64,000 bases of DNA from a virus. Below are positions 56,304-64,000 of this stretch, piece after piece. The translations under genes and the position numbers were made by a program. The notes under the pieces were generated by a model. That model was not told the DNA's origin. It made no database searches and saw only the letters and a program-made list of their open reading frames with translations. The stretch spans positions 1 through 64,000 of the IMG/VR virus record IMGVR_UViG_3300028299_000003. The stretch is one strand, 5' to 3'. The first letter of the stretch is position 1; each line of letters starts with the position of its first letter.

Positions 56304-56561
56304 TCACCAATCTTCATCTTCATCTTCATCAAATTCTCCTTCAATAATGAATTTACCATTTTTTAATTTTTCAGTTACTTTAACATCAAGTTCTCTTTCA
56401 ACACATTCAATGAAATCTTCTTCTTCATAATTGACGATACCATTATATCCGTTGATATACATATCAACAATGAAATCTATATCAAACATATCCTCAATAG
56501 AATCAGAATTCAAATATTTTTCTTCAATCATTTCAATGATTTCTTCTTTTGTTTTTTTCAT
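56304..56561 (-). CDS. Acidic hypothetical protein
   Basis: D/E-rich ORF after infC. Confidence 0.55.
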   Translation of the reverse strand: MKKTKEEIIEMIEEKYLNSDSIEDMFDIDFIVDMYINGYNGIVNYEEEDFIECVERELDVKVTEKLKNGKFIIEGEFDEDEDEDW

Positions 56562-56566
56562 CTTTT

Positions 56567-57091
56567 TTATTTTTTATGTGGATTTATAATTACCCATAAT
56601 CTTTTATTTTCTAATTTTGGTAATTGTTCAATTTTACCAAGTTCAGTTAATTCTTTGACAAATTTAAGTAATAACACTTGTCCTTGATCAACAAATTTAA
56701 TTTCCCTACCACTAAACATAACATATGCTTTCACCTTATCTCCATCCCCTAAGAATTTCTTAGCGTGATTGAGTTTGAAATTAAAGTCATGGTCACCAGT
56801 GTTATAAGTAAATCTAACCTCTTTGGTTTTCATAACAGATTTTCTTTGATTTTTTTCCATTTCTTTTTCTTTCTGTTTCTTTTCATAAAGAAATTTTCCA
56901 AAGTCAGTAACTTTACATACTGGTGGATTTGATGTTGAAACTATTTCAACTAAATCTAAATTTTTATCAGCAGCGATTTGTAACGCTTCCGAAATGTTAA
57001 CTACTCTACTTTCAATGCCATCACCAACAATTCTAACTTTTGGTGATCTGATTTTTTCATTTACTTTGATGTAGCTGTCTTTTTTATTCAT
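56567..57091 (-). CDS. infC: Translation initiation factor IF-3
   Basis: NEKIR..KVRIV, LDLVEI...PPVCK..DFGKFLYE, KEVRF...HDF.FK and F.GRE motifs. Confidence 0.95.
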   Translation of the reverse strand: MNKKDSYIKVNEKIRSPKVRIVGDGIESRVVNISEALQIAADKNLDLVEIVSTSNPPVCKVTDFGKFLYEKKQKEKEMEKNQRKSVMKTKEVRFTYNTGDHDFNFKLNHAKKFLGDGDKVKAYVMFSGREIKFVDQGQVLLLKFVKELTELGKIEQLPKLENKRLWVIINPHKK

Positions 57092-57123
57092 ACTGTTTTT
57101 ATATTTTATTTTTTGTTAAATGT

Positions 57124-57807
57124 TTATATTAATGTTAATAATTTTGGATTTGTTAGTATTACACTACCAATTCCAATATTTTTACATCCTATATCTTCTA
57201 ATCTTTTTATGTCATCCAATTCAACCCATGATGAACCAGATACATTGAATTCATTGTGTTTTTTAATAAATTCCCAATTATATCTTTGAGCTAATTTTCC
57301 AGATACCCCACCACCAAACATATTTACAGAATTAAGATGAATTTCTTTTATTCTATTCATATCATAAATGTTTGGATTCTGATTGTAACTCAATTTCAAA
57401 TATAAATAATGTTTTGTTTTTGGTATAATTTTATTTCGTGGATTTTTTACATTTGGACACGAAAAATTTAATTCTATACCTTTTATATCAAAACCATCAA
57501 TCAAATTACACATTTCTTGGATTTCTTCGTCAGTACCATGTATTGATACTATCATATCCTTAGTATTTTCTACCTTTGGATAATAATTATCAATCCAATA
57601 TACAATACCTGGATTTCTTAACATAATCTTATTCCATACTGATTTTCCTAATGGTATGACAGCGAATGAAATACCACGCTTAGGATTTAATGTTATAGTT
57701 TTAGTAACAAACGGATATTTGGGGAATTTATATTTTAAGAAATTATGCCAAAACCAACCATTTCCATCATATCCCATCGCTCCACTTTGATAAAAGAAAT
57801 CACTCAT
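57124..57807 (-). CDS. Dihydroorotate-dehydrogenase-like FMN protein
   Basis: VTKTIT..P..G, N....NPG, ELNFSCPNV and GGVSG motifs. Confidence 0.7.
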   Translation of the reverse strand: MSDFFYQSGAMGYDGNGWFWHNFLKYKFPKYPFVTKTITLNPKRGISFAVIPLGKSVWNKIMLRNPGIVYWIDNYYPKVENTKDMIVSIHGTDEEIQEMCNLIDGFDIKGIELNFSCPNVKNPRNKIIPKTKHYLYLKLSYNQNPNIYDMNRIKEIHLNSVNMFGGGVSGKLAQRYNWEFIKKHNEFNVSGSSWVELDDIKRLEDIGCKNIGIGSVILTNPKLLTLI

Positions 57808-58180
57808 CTTCTATTTCAGGATTATGTTTTATAAAATTCTCTAGATATGTTATCATATTCTTCAATCCAACATAGTTCGCGGTATGAAATTTCATTTTTG
57901 GTAATTTTAATCCATTCTCTAATGTATAATTACAGACCCATTTCAACGCGTCATACCCTGTTTTTTCTTTGAATTCAACTTTAACATCATCGTCATACAC
58001 AGTGTAATGTTCAAACGATAGGTCATGATCAAAACTTATAAGTCTAGGCATACCATTATCAGTAATATATTTTACAAATTCATCATAAGATTTGACAATT
58101 ACCCATTTCAAATCTTTATGATTTTTCAAGTAATATGAAACATCGTGTGGTACTCTAATATCGTCAAGAAATAAGTTCAT
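57800..58180 (-). CDS. Cyclic-phosphate-processing receiver-like domain protein
   Basis: LFLDDIR, ISFDHDL, KTGYD and HTANYVG motifs. Confidence 0.7.
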   Translation of the reverse strand: MNLFLDDIRVPHDVSYYLKNHKDLKWVIVKSYDEFVKYITDNGMPRLISFDHDLSFEHYTVYDDDVKVEFKEKTGYDALKWVCNYTLENGLKLPKMKFHTANYVGLKNMITYLENFIKHNPEIEDE

Positions 58181-58219
58181 ATTGCAAATATACGAAGAAA
58201 AATTGTATTAAAAAAAATT

Positions 58220-58441
58220 TTAGTCAAATTCTTCAAAAACATCTTCTCTTATTTTCTCTTTTAAAACTTTTTTTTGTTCGTCAGATATATCATATTCTTC
58301 TCGTAATGATTCTAGATATATTTCAAACATAGAAATGATTTCTTTCTTTACATCTTCCATCAACTTTGATTTAAAAAAAACAATTCTTTTTTTGTTTTTT
58401 TTTAAGCTTTTAAGAATATTAGGATAATAATTTATGACCAT
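58220..58441 (-). CDS. Hypothetical protein
   Basis: Small ORF. Confidence 0.45.
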   Translation of the reverse strand: MVINYYPNILKSLKKNKKRIVFFKSKLMEDVKKEIISMFEIYLESLREEYDISDEQKKVLKEKIREDVFEEFD

Positions 58442-58469
58442 ATATATAATAATTTAAAAATGATTTTTT

Positions 58470-59579
58470 TTAAAATTCTTTTTTATCATAACTAATATAA
58501 TAATTATCAATATTAAAATATTTATCATAAATATCATAAATTTGTTCTATTTTTATATCACCTATGATTGGTTCTATCAACCATTTTTTTGGTGTAACAT
58601 ACTTGTTTATATTACTATATCTATTTATATCTGATTTCCTATACATAATATCAAAAGATTGTTTAACAATATCAAATCTATCTTGTGTTATAAATTTCTC
58701 TTTGTTATCTAAAACATATTTAACTTTTTCATAAAATTCATCAATTTTATTATCTTTTGTTTCTGATGAAATATTTACAATAGATGAATTATCCGTTATA
58801 TGATCTAAGTAACAATTTATATAGTAGACTAATCCATTTTTTTCCCTAACCTCCTGATACAGTGGAGATTTTAAACCATTACTAAGTAACGCGGTTGTAA
58901 AATTAACTAGTGGATAATTATCTAATATAACAGGACTTAAATATATTATTGAAGTTTTGGATTTAAAAATATTCGTTTTCTGATATTCAAATTTATTATT
59001 TTTTAAATAATTGGTATTGTAATTATTATCAAAGTTATTAAATTTTATAGAATTATTTCTATATTTATTATATCTAGACACATTTATTATCATTGTTGGA
59101 TTTGTGTAGTATTTATTCCTATATTCTATACAATCTTCTAATGTTATATTTTCAATATCATTTACATCTCCTATTGGATTATAATTATCAAATAGTTTTC
59201 TATATAGATTTAAAAAATGTGCACTACTCTGTTTATTGAATGTATCGGAGTATTCCTCTAATATAATTTTTTTCTCATTTTCAAAATCTTCTTGTGTGAT
59301 TTTAAAATCCAAGATTCTTTCTAGGTATCTATCTTTAAATTTATGTAAATATTCAAATAATCCAGTTATATAAAAAACTATTTTAGTATCAGATGTATAC
59401 GCGTTCCAACTTATACCATTTTTTTCAAATTCATCTAGTAAATCATCAAAATTTTTACATATTAAATGTTCTATAATATGTGATATACCTCTGTTTCCTT
59501 TTTTTTCGTTTTTTATAGTGCCATTGAATACAACATGAAATCCTGACAAATCGGTTAAGCTTTCAATATTTAAAATCAT
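58470..59579 (-). CDS. M16 family zinc peptidase
   Basis: GISHIIEH, NAYTS, EKKIILEE and LYQEVREKNGLVY motifs. Confidence 0.88.
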   Translation of the reverse strand: MILNIESLTDLSGFHVVFNGTIKNEKKGNRGISHIIEHLICKNFDDLLDEFEKNGISWNAYTSDTKIVFYITGLFEYLHKFKDRYLERILDFKITQEDFENEKKIILEEYSDTFNKQSSAHFLNLYRKLFDNYNPIGDVNDIENITLEDCIEYRNKYYTNPTMIINVSRYNKYRNNSIKFNNFDNNYNTNYLKNNKFEYQKTNIFKSKTSIIYLSPVILDNYPLVNFTTALLSNGLKSPLYQEVREKNGLVYYINCYLDHITDNSSIVNISSETKDNKIDEFYEKVKYVLDNKEKFITQDRFDIVKQSFDIMYRKSDINRYSNINKYVTPKKWLIEPIIGDIKIEQIYDIYDKYFNIDNYYISYDKKEF

Positions 59580-59805
59580 CTAGTAGTAATTGTGTTTGTT
59601 TTTCTATTTATATATAAAAAAATGATATAGAATTTTTAATTATTATCTATATATTTGATATTCCTTGGGTGTATAAATCTTACTCGATTATTATTTTCTG
59701 ATTCAATACATAAATAGTAGTCTTCGGATACCTTATTGTCTTTATTGAAGATGTTGACCTTATCTATTATGGTTAGTTTTTGCCCAGTTTCTGTTGTTAT
59801 TTTTT

Positions 59806-60948
59806 TCATTTTAATATATCTATTATTTTTTCGTCTATATTTTCATTGTACTTTACAACATTATATGATATATTATTGTTTTTACAAAACTCTTTTTTTA
59901 TTTTATCATTTTTTGTTAATTTTTTGAATGAGTGTGTTCCACCAAAATGTTCAATTATTTTATAATGATATTCCAAAGAAAACCACTAAATCTTTAGTTT
60001 AGTGGATGAATTTGGAAAAAATAGGCCTTTTTAATTTAATATATACATTTAACTAGAAATAGTTTGTTCTTTGATGTCTTGGTTCAATTGGTTCTACAAT
60101 AAAATCTTGAATTGTAGGTAAAATCAATAAAGTATATAAAGATCAATCAACGAGTTGATCCATAGGAGCCTAAGTGTTAAATGTCACCTGTGCCAACCGA
60201 ATTAAATTTAAAATAATATCGTACGGGACATACGATTCGAACGTGGAGCAAAAATAAGACCTGAATTCATTTAGGCATAAGCTATGAAGCGTTTAAAGAG
60301 ACGGATCAATTTGATCCAGAAACCACTACATCTTTTAGTGTAGTGGTAGTTCATAAATTCATAAATGTTAATTCTTCTGTTATTAGAATCACATTGTTTA
60401 CATCCACTACCAACTAGATGATTACTAGGCAATTGATAAAATATACCATGTGTGGGGCATATTATTTCTACTTTTGTTCTATTGTTTTTATAATCAACTA
60501 ATGAATAATCGTATTTATTATTGTGTATAATTAATGATCTCTCTATAAATTTATTATTATTTAATTTTTTATTTTCACACTTTGGACAATTTTGTCCTCC
60601 GATATGATTACTATGTAGTTGTTCAAATACACCATGTATAGGACAAATAATTTTTATTTTTGTTTTTGAGTTTTTATATTCAACTAATGAGTAATCATAC
60701 TTATTTTTGTGTATTATTTTACATTCATTAATGAAGCTTTTAGTATCAAATTTGAATCTTTTTTCTATTGAACATTTTGGACAATTTTGTCCACCTATAT
60801 GAGCGTGATATAATTGTTCAAAAATACCATGTGTTGGACAAATAATTTTTATTTTTTTATCAAATTTTTTATATTCAACTAGTGAATAAACATACCTATC
60901 ACCATAAACTTCTTTACATTTTTTAATTATTGTTTCATTACTGTTCAT
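59806..60948 (-). pseudogene. KYDYS/CPxHG-repeat homing endonuclease disrupted by the mini-IS
   Basis: N-terminal repeats at 60948-60354; C-terminal fragment EYHYKIIEHFGG...NDKIKKEFCKNNNI...KYNENI at ~59973-59806. Confidence 0.78.
59971..60353 (+). mobile_element. Non-autonomous IS200/IS605-type mini-element retaining an omega-RNA-like right end
   Basis: Left hairpin CCACTAAA-TCTTTAG-TTTAGTGG; right hairpin ACCACTACA-TCTTTTAG-TGTAGTGGT then AGTTCA; no tnpA/tnpB; left boundary approximate. Confidence 0.75.
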
Positions 60949-60949
60949 A

Positions 60950-63900
60950 TTAGTATATATTTAATGTACTTATACCATTTTTATCTTTACTTACATTGAT
61001 TAAATAATCATATTTTATTTGGTGAATATGTTCTATTAATAATATTTTATCAATATGGTTTTTTAATTCATATAAAAATTCAGTAAATTCTTCCACAGAA
61101 TTATCAACCAATTTGGTCATAATCTCGTCAAATAATATGAAATTTGGTTTTGATGTATTATTTATTTTTCTCAACGCGATTTTCAACGCACATGAATTAA
61201 ATGTTCTTTCTTTACCAGACCCTTCAACCGCGTTATATTCCTGTTCATCATTTTTTGATTTCATTTTTAGATTAAGTTCGTTATCAAAAAGTAAATTAAA
61301 ATCAACATTTGATAAAAGATTATTTAACTCATTGTTTATTATATGAATTGATTTTTTCAATAAATATGTTGGTAATCCATCTCTATGCATTGATTTCATA
61401 TAAGTATTATTGATAAATTCACTTTTTTCTTGGTTTTTGAATTTCTCTATTTTTTCCTCATAATCATCTATAACTTTCTTTCTAAGAACTATATTGTTGT
61501 TTAACTCTATTTTAAGATTATTAAATTCCTTTATATTATTTGATATATTCAAAATATTTTTATTAAGATTATTAATTTCTTCATTTATTTTCTTATTGTC
61601 ATCAATAAATTGTTTATTCTCTAGATATTTATTCAATTTTTCTTTTTTCTTATCGTTTTCTGTCTTATTTTCTTTTATCTTTATTCTTATATCCTTTATT
61701 CTAGATTCAATTGATAATTTTTTATCATAATTATTTTTATCACTTTCTAATTTATTTACAGTATCTTTTATAGAATCTATCTTTGGTTTTACTTCCGATA
61801 TTTTGTTTTTAATTGATGTAATCTTATCATCTTTCTCTTTTATTTTTAATTCTATAAGATTCTTTTCTTTTTCAATGTTATTAATAAATGAAATAAATTC
61901 TTCATTTTCATCAATATTTTCCACATTTAGAATATCTATTTTCTCTCTTATACCCTTTATTTTATTTATTTTATCTTTTCCAATACTTGAAATTTTTTCT
62001 AATTCTTCTTTATTTTTCAAAATTTCTTTTTCAAAATGTTCACTACTATGATCATCTAATTGTCTAAGACAGGTTGGACATATTTTTGTTTCAGTATTAG
62101 AATTTTTTAATTTATCTATATTATCCTTTATTTTAGTTCCATCCTTTTTTAAATTAGTTATATCATTTTCCAAAAATCTAATATCTGTTTCATAAGATTT
62201 TATTTTATCTAAAATATTTTTCTCAAAATCAGTTCTTTTATATTTTACTTTGTTATCAATATCTTTTATATCATATTCCAAATCTGATTTACCCCTATCT
62301 AATCTACTTAATTCTAGATCAGCGTTAGAAAGTCCATCTTTATATTTCTCATATAATTCTCTTTGTTTCTGTAATTCAGTATTGTCAAAATCTTTTGGTA
62401 GCTGATCTACCTTATTCTCTAAATCTTTTATTGATTGGTAATCATACTGAATGTTATTATCACATAATTCAATATCTGTTTTTAAATCATCATAATCCAA
62501 TCTAATGATTTCATCATCTATCTTGTTTAATTTACTAATAAATATCTCCTTTTCTTTCTGTAATGAATCTGATTCTTTTTCTTTATCATCAACATTTTTT
62601 GATATTTCTTTTATTTTTTCTTTATCAATTTTTATCTTATCCAATAATTCATCAATTTCTTTTGATACTTTATCTACATTTATATTTATCTTTTCTAGAT
62701 TTAACGATTTTTTATATTCCTTAAACTCATTTAGTTTTTTATCAAATACATCATAACCCGCGTCACGAATTATATTATCAATAAAAACACTTCTATCAAT
62801 TGATAGTAATTCATTAATATTATCTGCGTTAGTTAAAGTTAACCGAATAAAATCCTGAAAATTTCCAATGATTGAATCCAATTCTTGTTGAGTTTTGATA
62901 TTAGTTTCACCAACTAATTTATTTTTTTCAATCATTTCTGTTCCTTTATAATAATCTAATTTTGTTGAACAAGAAGTTATTTCACCTTGTTTATTTAGTT
63001 TTCTTTCTGTTTTTCTATAAATAAGATATTTTTCACCATCAATATTTATTGTAATTCCTCCATCACAATGATTTAATTTTCTTTTATTATTTATATAACG
63101 ATTATCACCAAACTTTTCTCTCTTTTCGGTTGTCATAGTTGTGCCATATAATATGTATGTTATCACGTCTAGGATTGTTGTTTTTCCTTGCTGATTAATT
63201 CCGTGTATTTGTATTATGCCATGAATATCAGTAAAATCAATAACTATATTATTATCATATGATTTGAAATTATTAAACCATATTTTCTCAATACTCCACT
63301 TCGTATTATTAGATTTTTTTATCTCTAATCTATTATTTATGATATTATCTATTGAAATAATTTCATTTATCGTTTCATCGGTTATCTCATTCCTAAGTAA
63401 GAACTCCCTTAGAATATTTTGTTGAACAATTGGGTCATTTATATCAATTGTTTCTGAAATTAACTTTGTATCAGATACATCGGTATATAGTGGTCTACTT
63501 TCAATTTGTATTAATTCACTTCCTAAATTTTCCTTTATTAAAAATCTTATTTTCTTTTCATTCTCAGTATTCATATTAACACTGAAATCTTCCCACTTTA
63601 TCTTTACTTTTATTTTATCACTTTTTTCAAAATTAAAATTGAGTTTTATATTATCATAATCAACATTTTGATTTATTGGTATATTAATAAACTTATAATC
63701 GTTATCTATATCAATGGGTTCTAAAAACCCTTTATTAAAATCTAATATATTAAATCCATGGCCATTAACTTTTTCCCCAAATGACTGCTGGATGAGTGAA
63801 CTACTAAATCCTTTTGTTTTATTTTTATAATATTGTCTTATATGAATATCTGAAAATAATGAATAATCACCTTTGAATTCCGATATATCTCTATACTTTC

Positions 63901-64000
63901 CTTTCATTATTATACCATTTGGTAAATAACAACCAAATATTGGGTCATGAAATAAATCAATATATATTTTACTTTTGTCTCTTTTTGTCTTGATATCTTT
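60950..64000 (-). CDS. SbcD(Mre11)-SbcC(Rad50)-like fused nuclease/ATPase, 5'-partial
   Basis: Frame open to the window edge (IDLFHDP..SDIHIRQ..SSLIQQSFGE..HG); Walker A GINQQGKTT, CPTC hook, SGKE signature, FILFDE, IEH. Confidence 0.85.
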   Translation of the reverse strand, partial: KDIKTKRDKSKIYIDLFHDPIFGCYLPNGIIMKGKYRDISEFKGDYSLFSDIHIRQYYKNKTKGFSSSLIQQSFGEKVNGHGFNILDFNKGFLEPIDIDNDYKFINIPINQNVDYDNIKLNFNFEKSDKIKVKIKWEDFSVNMNTENEKKIRFLIKENLGSELIQIESRPLYTDVSDTKLISETIDINDPIVQQNILREFLLRNEITDETINEIISIDNIINNRLEIKKSNNTKWSIEKIWFNNFKSYDNNIVIDFTDIHGIIQIHGINQQGKTTILDVITYILYGTTMTTEKREKFGDNRYINNKRKLNHCDGGITINIDGEKYLIYRKTERKLNKQGEITSCSTKLDYYKGTEMIEKNKLVGETNIKTQQELDSIIGNFQDFIRLTLTNADNINELLSIDRSVFIDNIIRDAGYDVFDKKLNEFKEYKKSLNLEKININVDKVSKEIDELLDKIKIDKEKIKEISKNVDDKEKESDSLQKEKEIFISKLNKIDDEIIRLDYDDLKTDIELCDNNIQYDYQSIKDLENKVDQLPKDFDNTELQKQRELYEKYKDGLSNADLELSRLDRGKSDLEYDIKDIDNKVKYKRTDFEKNILDKIKSYETDIRFLENDITNLKKDGTKIKDNIDKLKNSNTETKICPTCLRQLDDHSSEHFEKEILKNKEELEKISSIGKDKINKIKGIREKIDILNVENIDENEEFISFINNIEKEKNLIELKIKEKDDKITSIKNKISEVKPKIDSIKDTVNKLESDKNNYDKKLSIESRIKDIRIKIKENKTENDKKKEKLNKYLENKQFIDDNKKINEEINNLNKNILNISNNIKEFNNLKIELNNNIVLRKKVIDDYEEKIEKFKNQEKSEFINNTYMKSMHRDGLPTYLLKKSIHIINNELNNLLSNVDFNLLFDNELNLKMKSKNDEQEYNAVEGSGKERTFNSCALKIALRKINNTSKPNFILFDEIMTKLVDNSVEEFTEFLYELKNHIDKILLIEHIHQIKYDYLINVSKDKNGISTLNIY

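Noticed and set aside
60271-60353. C-terminus MNYHYTKRCSGFW... of the 225-aa ORF as real protein
   Set aside because: It is read-through into the antisense right end of the mini-IS.
45286-62756. Numerous antisense ORFs rich in F/L/S/I inside long genes
   Set aside because: Expected shadows of K/E/N-rich genes in an AT-rich genome.
1-64000. Stop-codon reassignment, as in some large phages
   Set aside because: Conserved genes are full length in code 11; TAA, TAG and TGA all terminate genes; no suppressor tRNA was seen.

Overview
This is an AT-rich, densely coding segment of a very large (jumbo/huge) tailed phage. Bacteroidota-type TTTG-N19-20-TAnnTTTG promoters and a Bacteroidota-like bS21 point to a Bacteroidota host, and the standard genetic code fits. 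Protein genes include translation factors (rpsU, smpB, infC), four glycosyltransferases plus a PIG-L deacetylase, virion proteins (collagen-like fibre, LamG, large structural and tape-measure-like proteins), and nucleotide/DNA enzymes (dUTPase, RuvC-like, SbcD-SbcC fusion). There are also many free-standing homing endonucleases, a solo TnpB and a TnpB-less IS605-type mini-element. The most unusual part is the minus-strand RNA region at 12.4-20.4 kb. (1) A 14-tRNA operon (Tyr, Leu x4, Met x2, Asp x2, Ile x2, Arg x2, Asn) follows an unannotated 29-codon leader ORF with mutually exclusive antiterminator and terminator helices. The leader codons are almost exactly those read by the operon's own tRNAs, which suggests a ribosome-stalling attenuator that senses host tRNA loss. 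(2) Two tRNA-Ile-like genes have the D-loop moved 3' of the anticodon arm, and one sits inside a broken canonical tRNA gene. (3) Five tRNA-Glu derivatives have destroyed anticodon loops and inserted arms, one carrying a whole second cloverleaf in its D-loop. (4) A ~900-nt GOLLD-like RNA has an embedded tRNA-like domain. (5) tRNA-Asn carries a group I intron. All calls were made by eye, with no database searches.
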